Position numbers and translations under genes: made by a program | The notes under the pieces: model-generated | The model's input: only the letters and a program-made list of their open reading frames with translations | Told to the model about the DNA's origin: nothing | The model's database searches: none | Shown here: positions 28,680-39,117 of the stretch, piece by piece | Numbering within the stretch: position 1 is the stretch's first letter | How the letters are laid out: each line of letters opens with the position of its first letter | Source: an uncultured archaeon | Lineage (GTDB): Archaea; Asgardarchaeota; Hermodarchaeia; Hermodarchaeales; Hermodarchaeaceae | DNA: 64,000 bases | Assembly (NCBI GenBank): GCA_964347045.1 | Contig: CAYFXC010000009.1 | Location: 32,001-96,000 of the forward strand | Reading direction: 5' to 3'

Positions 28680-29675
28680 CTATCCTTTTTCTGTTTTAGT
28701 GTCGAAAAACTGTGTTAATGATGGTCGAGCAGGAGAATACTCCTTATCAATCTGTTTACTTTCAATAAATTTCTTGATTTGGTTGGCTTCTTCTACGCGA
28801 AAATCTAGCCCGCTACGGTCAAAAGATTTCGATTCACAGATAATGCTCACCTTTTCCAAAAATCGTTGTTCACGAAGCACTGATAAAAACAGCTTCCAAG
28901 GAACCTTACTTCCACCATTTAATGGGGCATGGCGTACTTCTCCGCGCCGATTCGCATAGATACCCGAAATGTGTACTGGCAATCGCCATCGTGATAGGTC
29001 AATTGATTGCTCAATAAGTTCAAGCCGTCGAAGAATACCGTCTTCAGAAGTAACATCTCCGCCACGAGCGAAGTCATGAGCAAAATCCCAACAGAATAAA
29101 CATCCAACATCACCTGCAACTGAACTTATTTCTTCAAAGCTCCCAAATCCAGCTGTTTTACCAGCTACTTCAGGTGCAGGTACAGCAGATATTCCATCAT
29201 TATCAATCTTGGCCATAATCTCTTTCAATCGCTGGGTTACTAGCTCTTTTACAATCGTTCCACGTTGTCGTGAACCAGGATGGAAGGTTACATGGGTTGC
29301 TCCAACCAAATCAGCCATATGTAAACAGCGCGTCAAATGAGCGCGACTGGTTCGGAGTTTTCCTTTTTCTTTTGTGGTTAAAGAAATAACATAGGGTCCA
29401 TGAATGCTGACATGAAATTGTTTCAGTTGGTTCCCGATACTGGTCGCTCGTTCCTTTGCAGGATAACCAGGTAGACCTCCCCGGGGATTTCCTAATACAT
29501 TCGAAAGGCATAGAAGTTCAGCTGCACTGAGTTTTTCTGATTGTAGAAGCGTTGTTACCTTGCTAATTACAACATCTGACGTGAAGGTGTTTAAAGGAAA
29601 GGCGGCCATTCCAACTATTACTCGTGGGGATTTAATCACTTTATTCTCGCCTAGTTTTGCCTTGTACAAAAGCAC
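28680..29675 (-). CDS. nfo: Endonuclease IV / AP endonuclease 2 TIM-barrel protein
   Basis: SIHGPYVISL, VTFHPG, PEVAGK...GSFEE, WDFAH..AR, VHISGI...GEVRH, IICES. Confidence 0.8.
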   Translation of the reverse strand: MLLYKAKLGENKVIKSPRVIVGMAAFPLNTFTSDVVISKVTTLLQSEKLSAAELLCLSNVLGNPRGGLPGYPAKERATSIGNQLKQFHVSIHGPYVISLTTKEKGKLRTSRAHLTRCLHMADLVGATHVTFHPGSRQRGTIVKELVTQRLKEIMAKIDNDGISAVPAPEVAGKTAGFGSFEEISSVAGDVGCLFCWDFAHDFARGGDVTSEDGILRRLELIEQSIDLSRWRLPVHISGIYANRRGEVRHAPLNGGSKVPWKLFLSVLREQRFLEKVSIICESKSFDRSGLDFRVEEANQIKKFIESKQIDKEYSPARPSLTQFFDTKTEKG

Positions 29676-29707
29676 CTTTAAGTGTGCGGAATGTGCTTTA
29701 GCCTCTT

Positions 29708-29814
29708 GTTAGTTGAATACACTAACCTCTAATTAAATTCGAAAGGTTTATATTTGTGAACGATAATATTCTAATTCAGAACGAAAAAATTCTATCGTTT
29801 AGAAAACGTCTCTA
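29708..29814 (+). promoter_or_regulatory. Archaeal promoter (BRE/TATA) with direct and inverted repeats upstream of the ArsR-type regulator
   Basis: gaaaggTTTATAT at about 29741-29753; GAACGATAATATTCTA (29758) and GAACGAAAAAATTCTA (29779) repeat at 21-bp spacing; GTTAG-N9-CTAAC at 29708-29726. Confidence 0.5.
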
Positions 29815-29940
29815 ATCGTAATTTAACCGAGTGGAGTCGGATAAAATGAAAAAAATGGAAAACACTGAATGTTGCATCAAAGAAAAGATGTATGCTGAAA
29901 TTTATCGATATCGACGAATATGTTAGGGGTTGGATTCAAG

Positions 29941-30663
29941 ATGTCTTGGTTTGGTAGAAGGAAAGACAAAGATGAGAAAACAAAAGAGGAAATCCGCAAA
30001 AAGATGGAACGGCTCGAAGAACAAATGCAGGATTTGCGTAGACGTTTAGAGAAAGAAGGAAGAACACCTCCTCGCGAAGAATATTCAACGGATTCTGATT
30101 CTCCTAAATCCTCCAAACGTTCTAAAGGTGTAAGGATTGAGTTTGATGAACAGGCATTTGGTGAGGAAATGGCTGAGTTTGGTCGGAATGTGGGTGCTGC
30201 CGGGAAAGAAATCGGGGAATACATAAAACTAGTTGTATCAGACGCTATGCGGGGAGCCAACCGGGCAATGCGGAGTGTTTTCATTGGTCCTGATGGAGCC
30301 GGTCTCAAAATAGATGAGAATGGTATTTCAATCGGTAAGTCTGCGGCAGAGGCGGTACAAAAAGTACCAGCTATGGATGCCGAACGATTACTGGCTCCTC
30401 TTGCGAGCGCTGAACGAATTGATATTCTCTATTTGCTTGCAGAAGAACCCCGTTACCATCAAGATCTCATGGAGTTATCAGGGTTAAAACCGGGAACTCT
30501 TCCTCATCATCTTAAACAATTAGAAGAAGCTGGATATGTAACACAAGAAAGAGTTCGTGGGAGATATCTCATCACTATCCCTGGTCGGATGGCACTAAAA
30601 CTAGCAGAGTATCTTCATAACCAAATGGTATCAGGTATCGGAAAAGATACTAACGAAGCATAA
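29941..30663 (+). CDS. ArsR-family winged-helix regulator with N-terminal coiled-coil/acidic extension
   Basis: C-terminal LAPLASAERIDILYLL...GTLPHHLKQLEEAGYV...GRYLIT. Confidence 0.8.
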   Translation: MSWFGRRKDKDEKTKEEIRKKMERLEEQMQDLRRRLEKEGRTPPREEYSTDSDSPKSSKRSKGVRIEFDEQAFGEEMAEFGRNVGAAGKEIGEYIKLVVSDAMRGANRAMRSVFIGPDGAGLKIDENGISIGKSAAEAVQKVPAMDAERLLAPLASAERIDILYLLAEEPRYHQDLMELSGLKPGTLPHHLKQLEEAGYVTQERVRGRYLITIPGRMALKLAEYLHNQMVSGIGKDTNEA

Positions 30664-30678
30664 CGAGTGTGATCTAGA

Positions 30679-31317
30679 ATGAGTTTTTGTTCACCATGTG
30701 GTTATCGAAAAAAGGAGCTAGTGCTTGGCGCTTTAGCAGGTAAGGTTACCCATTCTACGGATATTGCGCGATCAGAGAAAGCCTTGCTTATTGTCAATGA
30801 AGGCACACTTTATTTTCCAATTTTTTATCAGAATAGGGAAGTAGGTGGGGTTTTCATTGGATCCGGGCAGGCCATCATTGATGCGATTGCTGAAACCCGA
30901 CGGGGCGCCGTCGGGCAAAGTCATGATTTCCATTGGAATGGCAGTCTTCTCTTCTTTAGCGAAGACGGTGAATGGGCACCGCCTAGCACCACCCTCATCA
31001 AAGATAAGGAATTACAAAAATTCTACCTAGATTCTATTGAAGACGCCGATCGCCGGGCAAATGAAATTTTCACCAAGTTCTTAGAAAATAACCAAAACTG
31101 GTTTACTGATACATTTATCCAACGTCAGCATGGTTGGGTCGCAACTATCCTAGATACTCAGCATGGTAAATGTGGAGTTATTACGAGTGAAGATCGACTA
31201 ATCTTTAAGAAAGGCGATTTAAAAGTCGTGATTAGTGGAAGCAAATTAGTTCAAATTGAAGGTCGTAAGAAAATCTTTGTCGCTGGAAGAGCTGGAAAAA
31301 TTGTCCGCTTCGGATAA
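30679..31317 (+). CDS. Hypothetical protein, probably co-transcribed with the ArsR-type regulator
   Basis: 212-aa ORF 15 bp downstream of the regulator; beta-rich; no family recognised. Confidence 0.65.
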   Translation: MSFCSPCGYRKKELVLGALAGKVTHSTDIARSEKALLIVNEGTLYFPIFYQNREVGGVFIGSGQAIIDAIAETRRGAVGQSHDFHWNGSLLFFSEDGEWAPPSTTLIKDKELQKFYLDSIEDADRRANEIFTKFLENNQNWFTDTFIQRQHGWVATILDTQHGKCGVITSEDRLIFKKGDLKVVISGSKLVQIEGRKKIFVAGRAGKIVRFG

Positions 31318-31512
31318 ATGTGCGTAGGCCCGGAGCGGACGCTCTTCCAATTTTTAACTTTTTACTAGTTCTTTTCATAAAGTAGTACTACTAATGACTT
31401 CTCGCTTATTAGTGGAAGAGCTTTTGAGGAGGTACATCCATGAACAGACAAATTTCGTCTGCGCTTCTTTACTATATGTGTTGGCGAGTCGAGACTATAG
31501 GAGTATTACATT

Positions 31513-34500
31513 ATGGCGTCATTGGATCATCATAGCTTAGTGAAAGCATATCTTACGCTTTTTCAAGTCGCTCGGAATGACCTTGAAGAAATATCGAAGC
31601 ATCTAACAAAAACAAAGGGGCAAGGTATTCAAGACATCTTGGAGCAAATTGCAGAATTACTCCAACGAATTGAATCCGCATCAGAGTCCCCACAACTTGA
31701 AATTGAGGTTGCTCGATCAATTGCTCGAGACTTTGAAACCGTTGCCCAACGGTGGCGTGAACTTGAGCAATACTTTGCCGATGAGATTCATTATGATGAT
31801 TATGTTTATCGTTCAGATGAAGAACGTGCTAAAGCCGCTGAGAATGCTTTGAGTATTATTCATGAGCAAGCACTAGAAGCGCTTGATGCGGCTGGAACAA
31901 TGTTTGGTATTGCTCGTGAATGGCGACGTGCAGCAAAATGCTTTAGTACAGTGGTTCAGGTCCGAAAGGCAGAGGATTCTCCTCTTGCTGCATTACCAGC
32001 AATTATACGCGAATACCGCTGTTACGAGCAGCTTGATGATTTTGAGAATGTTTTAATTATTGGTCGGGCTATTCAAAAGCTTCTGAGTGGTGTCAGTGAT
32101 GATCTCTCAGCTCAAGAAAGTGCAATGCTAATTGAAGCTGTTGAGTTCTTCCGAAAAACTGCAATGAGCGCAGTTTCAAACCGACAGAAAAATCCAGAAG
32201 TGAATATACCACTGGCCGCGATTTTCTTGTGGAATGAAGCCGAAGCTTTGTCCCTTGTTACCACATCGGATGACGATACGGCGCTAAATCGCTTCAAAGC
32301 ACTAGCAGAATTTTTCGAGCAGGTTGGAAAAGAAGAACTAGCTAAAGCCACGCCTTCAATTCAGCGGTTTGTTGCTAGCTATATGGAAGGTGCGTTTGCA
32401 TATTTACGAATAACTCGTGATATTGAAGGATTCACAGTTAATGAGGCTAGACGACTAAGTCTTAATCTCACACAATTTGCTGCTGATTTCATTCTAACCC
32501 TAATGGAGCGGCTTGGATACCAACGAGTAGCTGTTGTAGATGATTCTTCTAAAGCTGTAAAAGGGCTCATAGCCGTATTTGAAATGGTTAAACGTGGATA
32601 TGAGGGATCAAAGGCATTTCAAGAACTAGCAAATCAAGCGGGCTCCATTCTTGTACAGGCTCAACAGCATCAGGATCAATCACTCATCGATTTTGCAATG
32701 ATTTATCGGTGGCTCTGCGAAGGATCCGCACGTGGCTTGAACGTTATTTGTTTAAAACTAATAGCAGACCTCTACCGTATTGGCATAGTCAGTGATGTCC
32801 TAGATATTGGATCAAAGGAAGAACTCCGTAAAAAAATTCTTGATCTTTTTGTGATACCCGATCAGGATGAATTATTTGATTTATTAATTGATGCAGAAGT
32901 CGAATTTGATGATGTCGTTGATTTGTTCAAAAGTTTGGAACTTTACTGGGTTGCCGCTATTTGCAAACTTAATCAAGGACAACTTCGACAAAACCTAAGC
33001 TATCTTGAAGTAGAAACTGAACCACCTTCCTCACAAGAGCCTGTCGATGATGCTAAAGATGAACGCAAAGAACCCGATGCAATGCCTTTTTGGGGCGCAG
33101 CACCTTCTCGTGATTTCTCAAGTGCTGCAGAGTTGTTCTCCCTAGCATATCGACTCCAACGCGGTGTTGAACAAAGCAAAAAAGTCAAAGCGAGAGATAC
33201 CTGGATCCCCAATCGAGATCCAGATGAGATTCGGAGACGTGCGGCCTACAGCAGTTGGTTAGCGGGATTAGCAAATTTAGAAGAAGGAAATATCGAAGAT
33301 GGTGGACGAAACCTATTTCGTGCAAAAAATGCTTATGAGTTGCTTGACCGTCATCACGAAGCGATTTCCTGTTTAGAGGTTTGGCTGCAACAACTAGTTG
33401 CTACCATTAGTGAGGATGATGGAAGCGGAGTTCGACCAACGCAGGCTCGCCTTCAAGAAGTGCTAAACGTTTGCGATGAACTGGTTGGTTTATATTCGAT
33501 TCGACGAATGACGCAAGAAACAGTGGATGATATCCTCAAAATTGTAGGATTTCTCCAGAGTCATGTTGGTTTGGAGAATTGGACGCTAGCTGTATTTCTC
33601 CGCGCTTTAGATTATACACGTGAAGCCCTCCAAATTGCTCACAGATTAAAAATCCCAGATGCTACACTCGAAAAATTGCGATATCTCCGTGATGAGCTCA
33701 AAGAATTTCTGAATGGTGACTTTGCCATCGGGTTGTATCCTGATTTCGATACTGAAGCAATAATCTACTTTGAAGCAGAGACACCTGTGAAACTAGCCGT
33801 TCTCAATATTTCTGAAAAAGAAGCTGTTAATCTGAGTATTCGTCCATTAGGCATTCTTCCCCATATTTCCCCAAGTAGTACTCAACCATGGAAAGCCTCA
33901 AGGGATAAATCACAAGTTACGATGAAAAACTTCTATATCGGTTCAGATGACGATGCGTTTGAAATCAATGATAATATCTATTTTGAAAAACCTGCGGATG
34001 CATTTGGTCCAACTCGTCCTATCCCAGTAGTACTCACTAGTACAGCATCTCCAGATTTTGAACCAGTCTCGCCATCTGAGCAAATATCTGGAGAACAACC
34101 TTGGCTGGGAGTGATGTGGACAGGAGACTACAAAGGTATGCCACTCGGTACCCTCAAAGGAGCCACGGAAGAAATAGTCACCTCTGAGACCACCATTTCA
34201 ACTATTGATGATTTAATGCAAGCCGCGTTTTTCACTGTATTTACCAAGTCCGCACGTGAAGGGAATATCTTGCCTGGACAAGTATTCCCCGTAAGCTTTG
34301 GAATCTATCAAGCTGACACAAATAACCTATTAGCCATACAAACGCTATTTTTCAAAATTTCTAGCCGACCAAAAATCCTTAAGGCAGAAACTAATTGGGC
34401 AGATGAAATCGGAGACAAATGGGAAGAAAACTTTGGAATTACTTTCGAAGAAGGAGCTCATCTCCCCATTTATGTTCCACGATTTGCTCCTGAATATGAA

Positions 34501-36375
34501 ATCAAAGACTACATTAATCCACAAACCCTTACTCCCACAATTACGTTGGGCTCCGACGCCGTCGAACTCACAAAATACCTAAAACATGTGCCCTATCAGT
34601 TCAACCTTCGCTATAAAGGAAAACGAGAATTACAAACCGGAAATAATTACTTGGTAGAAAGTCAGATCTCAATTGAGATGCCAGTTCCTACTCGAATCGG
34701 TGGCGAATATGAATTTCTTCGAATCAAGACTCCTCCCCGCATTATGACTGCTGAAGAGCTCGCAATGCCTCGACTTCGAAACGGAGTAAACTTTCAAGAG
34801 TTATTCTATGGCACTGTTTTCATTGGTGATGCAAAATACGATGGAGAATACTTCATATATCGCCTTTGGATTTGCTTTGAACCTGGTGAAATGAGTCCCG
34901 CACCAGGAGCAAACTATCGGCAAGGTTGGACAAACCATCGAATAGACCTCTTTCTTGATCCCAAAACTTGGGACCCTCGTCTTATCATAACCGACTACTA
35001 TGTCGAATTTGAGGATGGTCATGCTGAATGGGTGGAAGCGCTTTTTTCATTCAAAGCTGCTAGTTCAACTTTATTTGGTATTCGCCGACTCACAGCAGAT
35101 TTGCATCGTGAGGCAAACCTTGCCGCCTACCCTGATGCTTTTGAATCTGAAATTCGAAACTCTCTTTCATCACTTGGCGTAGACAATGAAACTCCGCTCA
35201 AAATAACAGGATTTGCTCTTGGACAACGATTAGGCTCTATTGAACTCATTCGGGCTAGCTGGGCACGAAACAAATACGATGGTCCAGTGATTTTCAAACC
35301 TCCACGAGCTCATCTCTTTCGAGATTATTGGAGTCAACGCTATGAACATGGACTCTATCGTGATGACTGGCAAGGGGAAAACCATACGAATCAATATGAA
35401 ATGAAAAGTAATGACCGTAGTGGAGGGCAATCGAAGTATATTCGCGGATTCCGAGAAAAAGTCTTTCCTCATGAAATTGGTATTATGGCCCGAGAAAAAG
35501 ATCGCTGTGACCTCATCATCAAACCCCCAAGTGATGGTGCCTTTAGAATCATCCGTAATCTTGTTAATCCTCGAAAAATCGAACTTTGGACCCGTCCACA
35601 CGTTAGCTTTAGTCGTAGATTCAACTTCATTGCTAAGTATTTTGGTCGACCACCAAAGATCCACACGGCTAGCCTCTACTTCTATAGTACACGTCGTGAA
35701 CTCAATCCCTATTTTAAAACCCGTGTCCGAGGTAAAGACCAATGGGTCCAATACCCTGAACCTCGCTACTGGGATGGTAAACAATGGATTCCAACTCCTC
35801 AAGACTTCCTTCCTACTAAGCATCCTGAAAACCTTGCTCATGGCATCAATACCTGGCTGGAAGCTGACGCATATTGGGTATTTCGCTATGTCTGGTATTG
35901 GCCCCTCGAGCTAACCTTTCCTCTCCCTCACGACGATTGGGAGCGTGCAGACATCTGGGTGAATGCTCGAACAGGAAAAATCGAATGGATTACATCTGAT
36001 TATCACTGGCGAGAACTTTGGTATCAAAACGCTGTCAAAGTCAGTGGTGTCAATCCCATCATCGATTTCCTCTATAACTGGAACACACCAGAACCCCTCA
36101 CGGTCAAAGATGGAGCCCCAATCCACCAATCCATCACCCCTTATTTTGAAGAAGGAAAAACAATAGGCGAATTTGCAGATCAACTTCCTTGGATGTTTGC
36201 CCGCTTCAAACACAGCACAGAACACATGCACAAACTCCATGCATCTTTCTGGGGACGCAATAAAGTCAAAATCGTCTACGGCTCTATTGGAGTCTTAATA
36301 ACTCTCCTCATACTTTTCCTCTTCCCACCAACTCGTGACTTTCTTCTGAGTCTACTTGGATCTCTCCTACCCTAG
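31513..36375 (+). CDS. Giant 1620-aa hypothetical protein: helical-repeat N-half, beta-rich C-half, C-terminal membrane anchor
   Basis: Uninterrupted ORF; amphipathic TPR/SNAP-like helices to about aa 740; Trp/Tyr-rich duplicated module; terminal TM IVYGSIGVLITLLILFLF; no signal peptide. Confidence 0.85.
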   Translation: MASLDHHSLVKAYLTLFQVARNDLEEISKHLTKTKGQGIQDILEQIAELLQRIESASESPQLEIEVARSIARDFETVAQRWRELEQYFADEIHYDDYVYRSDEERAKAAENALSIIHEQALEALDAAGTMFGIAREWRRAAKCFSTVVQVRKAEDSPLAALPAIIREYRCYEQLDDFENVLIIGRAIQKLLSGVSDDLSAQESAMLIEAVEFFRKTAMSAVSNRQKNPEVNIPLAAIFLWNEAEALSLVTTSDDDTALNRFKALAEFFEQVGKEELAKATPSIQRFVASYMEGAFAYLRITRDIEGFTVNEARRLSLNLTQFAADFILTLMERLGYQRVAVVDDSSKAVKGLIAVFEMVKRGYEGSKAFQELANQAGSILVQAQQHQDQSLIDFAMIYRWLCEGSARGLNVICLKLIADLYRIGIVSDVLDIGSKEELRKKILDLFVIPDQDELFDLLIDAEVEFDDVVDLFKSLELYWVAAICKLNQGQLRQNLSYLEVETEPPSSQEPVDDAKDERKEPDAMPFWGAAPSRDFSSAAELFSLAYRLQRGVEQSKKVKARDTWIPNRDPDEIRRRAAYSSWLAGLANLEEGNIEDGGRNLFRAKNAYELLDRHHEAISCLEVWLQQLVATISEDDGSGVRPTQARLQEVLNVCDELVGLYSIRRMTQETVDDILKIVGFLQSHVGLENWTLAVFLRALDYTREALQIAHRLKIPDATLEKLRYLRDELKEFLNGDFAIGLYPDFDTEAIIYFEAETPVKLAVLNISEKEAVNLSIRPLGILPHISPSSTQPWKASRDKSQVTMKNFYIGSDDDAFEINDNIYFEKPADAFGPTRPIPVVLTSTASPDFEPVSPSEQISGEQPWLGVMWTGDYKGMPLGTLKGATEEIVTSETTISTIDDLMQAAFFTVFTKSAREGNILPGQVFPVSFGIYQADTNNLLAIQTLFFKISSRPKILKAETNWADEIGDKWEENFGITFEEGAHLPIYVPRFAPEYEIKDYINPQTLTPTITLGSDAVELTKYLKHVPYQFNLRYKGKRELQTGNNYLVESQISIEMPVPTRIGGEYEFLRIKTPPRIMTAEELAMPRLRNGVNFQELFYGTVFIGDAKYDGEYFIYRLWICFEPGEMSPAPGANYRQGWTNHRIDLFLDPKTWDPRLIITDYYVEFEDGHAEWVEALFSFKAASSTLFGIRRLTADLHREANLAAYPDAFESEIRNSLSSLGVDNETPLKITGFALGQRLGSIELIRASWARNKYDGPVIFKPPRAHLFRDYWSQRYEHGLYRDDWQGENHTNQYEMKSNDRSGGQSKYIRGFREKVFPHEIGIMAREKDRCDLIIKPPSDGAFRIIRNLVNPRKIELWTRPHVSFSRRFNFIAKYFGRPPKIHTASLYFYSTRRELNPYFKTRVRGKDQWVQYPEPRYWDGKQWIPTPQDFLPTKHPENLAHGINTWLEADAYWVFRYVWYWPLELTFPLPHDDWERADIWVNARTGKIEWITSDYHWRELWYQNAVKVSGVNPIIDFLYNWNTPEPLTVKDGAPIHQSITPYFEEGKTIGEFADQLPWMFARFKHSTEHMHKLHASFWGRNKVKIVYGSIGVLITLLILFLFPPTRDFLLSLLGSLLP

Positions 36376-36473
36376 CAATAATTCATAACATCACAACAAC
36401 ATCAAGCTTTAAGAACTTCAGAATCAAACCACTTTACAATCTGAACAAGACACTTTTCATTTTGGTGATTTAG

Positions 36474-37670
36474 ATGAAAACTGAAGATGTAAAGAACATC
36501 ACTGTCCTTGGTGCAGGACTTATGGGTCATGGAATTACCCAATCTTTCGCCCAAGCCGGCTATACCGTAACGATGGTTGATATTAAAGATGAATTCATTC
36601 AAAAGGGGATAAATAATATCCAATGGAGTCTAGGAAAATTCCTCGAAAAAGGCAAAATCTCCCAAGATGATCACGATGCAATCCTCAACCGGATAACCAC
36701 AACAACGAATCGTGATACAGCTGTGAAAAATGCAGATCTTATTGTTGAAGCCATACCAGAAATTCTTCCGCTTAAACAAGAAGTTTTCGCCGATGTTGGA
36801 GCCAAAGCACCCCAATACGCCATACTAGCCACAAATACGAGTTCATTACCTATTACCGATATTGCTTCAGCAACGAAACATCCTGAGAGAGTTGTTGGCA
36901 TGCATTTCTTTTCACCTGTCGTTCGGATGAACATCGTTGAAATTATCAAAGGCGAAAAAACATCAGATGAAACTGCCGCGATAATTTATGAATTGACGGA
37001 GAAGATGGGTAAAGAGCCTGTTATGTGTAATAAAGATGTCCCCGGTTTCATCGCAAATGGTATTCAGATGTTTCCATTGAACTTTGTCGGTCAGCTAGTG
37101 GATTCAGGGAAGTTTACACCAGAAGAGATTGACTCTGCGACCGCAATGAAGCTTGGTCTTCCAATGGGAACTTTTGGGCTGCTAGACTTTGTGGGCATCG
37201 ATGTAGTCTATAATGTGCTTAAGTTCATGATAACTCGAATACCAGGAATGAAAATGGCTAGGTGTCTGGAAGCGAAAGTGCAAAAGGGCGAGTTGGGTGC
37301 AAAAACTGGAAAAGGGTTCTATGAGCATCCTGGCAACCGTTGGCAACGTCCAACAGTGTGGTCTCAAGAGCTAGCTGACAAGTTTGACCCTCAATTGGTG
37401 GTAGTTGTTGGCATTAACCGTGCGTCAGAATTGGTTGCTGAGACTGTCGCTTCGCCTGCTGATATTGACAAGACAATGAAATTAGGCTTCAACCAACCTG
37501 TTGGCACCTTGGAACTCGCTGATTCATTGGGTATCGACGCTGTTGTTGAGAAACTAGAATTTATTGCGAAGGAATATGATGATTTTTATAAGCCACATCC
37601 CCTTCTCAAGCAAATGGTTAAAGATGGCAAGCTTGGAATGAAGACCAAAGAAGGCTTCTTCAAATATTAA
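36474..37670 (+). CDS. 3-hydroxyacyl-CoA dehydrogenase (duplicated C-terminal domain)
   Basis: VLGAGLMGHGI, VEAIPE, ATNTSS, GMHFFSP, PGFIAN, PMG..L.D.VGID, repeated in the C-terminal part (GKLGMKTKEGFFKY). Confidence 0.92.
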   Translation: MKTEDVKNITVLGAGLMGHGITQSFAQAGYTVTMVDIKDEFIQKGINNIQWSLGKFLEKGKISQDDHDAILNRITTTTNRDTAVKNADLIVEAIPEILPLKQEVFADVGAKAPQYAILATNTSSLPITDIASATKHPERVVGMHFFSPVVRMNIVEIIKGEKTSDETAAIIYELTEKMGKEPVMCNKDVPGFIANGIQMFPLNFVGQLVDSGKFTPEEIDSATAMKLGLPMGTFGLLDFVGIDVVYNVLKFMITRIPGMKMARCLEAKVQKGELGAKTGKGFYEHPGNRWQRPTVWSQELADKFDPQLVVVVGINRASELVAETVASPADIDKTMKLGFNQPVGTLELADSLGIDAVVEKLEFIAKEYDDFYKPHPLLKQMVKDGKLGMKTKEGFFKY

Positions 37671-37753
37671 ACAGGTGAGGGTGAAGAGTGTCGTCTAAGC
37701 CCTAATTCCATTTTTCATTTCCGTATTAAAGGAAGATATAATGGGGTTATGGT

Positions 37754-39067
37754 GTGCGAAAGAAAATCCAAGTGGGTATGGGCTCTTTTGAGTTCATGGT
37801 CAATGCTCGTCGAGCGATTTTCTACACTTTCCTCACCTTGTTCATGGCAGAAGTGCTTGGAGCTAATTTCATCCAGCTGGGACTAGTTATCACACTTCCA
37901 ATGCTTACTAACGCAGCTATGCAGGCAATTGTCTGGGGACGGGCTAGTGATCAAATTCGTCGACGGCGATTACTAATTGTGATTGGAGAAACTTTCGCTG
38001 GCATTGGATATCTAATTATCTGGGCTAATATCACCATTTGGACAATTATCATCGGGCTTACGCTTATCGAAGATATTTGGTCCATGTCAAATACGGGCTG
38101 GTCAGCCCTTTTTGCTGACCTAGCTGATCCCAATGAACGTTCAACCCTGATGGGTCGTATCAATGCAGTGGGCATTATTGGGCGTATCTTTGGTGCAACC
38201 GTAATCGGGTTCCTGTATGATTATCCTGTGCCAGGTGCTGGTTTCTATTGGGTATTCCCTATTGCATCAGGAATTATGTTCGGTAGTGTAATCACACTTA
38301 TCACAACGGTTCCTGAAGTTCAACATTCACTAGCACAAGAAACGCTTCCAAAACTACAAGCTTCTGCTGATTGGAAACTTGGATGGAGAAATCGTTCCTC
38401 TCGAAATTACTTTATTTTCCTTGGCGTCTGGGCTTTTATTACCGTGGCATGGGTGTGCTATCTTTCTTTGTTCACCATTTATCTCCGAATTGCGCTCAAT
38501 TTGACCTCAATTGAAATCAGTCTAGTCCGTAACGTCAATTCCGCATTCGGACTCATAGCTGCTCCCGTTGCTGGTATTCTCGGTGATCATATTGGAAGGA
38601 AGCCAGTCATCATTGGAGCTCTCATAATTCAAGCTTGCACTTCAATTTTCTATGGATTTGTTAACACCTTACTTGGTATGCTGGTAGTGAATGGTGCCAA
38701 TGGAATCGTTCGCCCCACCATTCATACCCTCGGGTATGCTCTTGCTGCAGATATGATTCCAGAAACACGACGTGGAGAGCTTTTCGGTTTATACAATGCT
38801 GTTTGGACTATTTCCTTTGGTACTTCTCCTACTGCCGTTGGTGGTGTCTATAGTACTTGGCGCATGAATCAGTATCTGAATTTGGGAGCTCCTCCTGAAG
38901 TTGCGGCAACACAAGCCATTATTGATACCTTCTTTCTTTCTGCAGGACTTGTGCTCATTGGAACTTCTCTATTTGGATTTACAGTCAAAGAACCCGAACA
39001 CAAGGAAAGAAAACCGAACTTAATTCATGAGGAAGAACCCTTAGCATTCATTGATACGCTAGACTAA
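37754..39067 (+). CDS. MFS transporter
   Basis: WGRASDQIRRRR and GILGDHIGRK motif A; about 12 TM. Confidence 0.88.
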   Translation: MRKKIQVGMGSFEFMVNARRAIFYTFLTLFMAEVLGANFIQLGLVITLPMLTNAAMQAIVWGRASDQIRRRRLLIVIGETFAGIGYLIIWANITIWTIIIGLTLIEDIWSMSNTGWSALFADLADPNERSTLMGRINAVGIIGRIFGATVIGFLYDYPVPGAGFYWVFPIASGIMFGSVITLITTVPEVQHSLAQETLPKLQASADWKLGWRNRSSRNYFIFLGVWAFITVAWVCYLSLFTIYLRIALNLTSIEISLVRNVNSAFGLIAAPVAGILGDHIGRKPVIIGALIIQACTSIFYGFVNTLLGMLVVNGANGIVRPTIHTLGYALAADMIPETRRGELFGLYNAVWTISFGTSPTAVGGVYSTWRMNQYLNLGAPPEVAATQAIIDTFFLSAGLVLIGTSLFGFTVKEPEHKERKPNLIHEEEPLAFIDTLD

Positions 39068-39117
39068 AATCGATTATTCATTATACTGCATTCTCAAAAC
39101 TATTATGAGGTTAAATC

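Noticed and set aside
29708-29726. HSR1 heat-shock box
   Set aside because: Half-sites are in the opposite order and spacing (GTTAG-N9-CTAAC versus CTAAC-N5-GTTAG)
29758-29794. CRISPR mini-array
   Set aside because: Only two 16-bp imperfect repeats with a 5-bp gap; no cas genes
35230-35841. Long antisense or alternative-frame ORFs (e.g. 35230-35841, 27730-28275, 54145-54696, 10271-10738, 17003-17470)
   Set aside because: They lie entirely over well-supported genes and show no recognisable motifs; shadow ORFs
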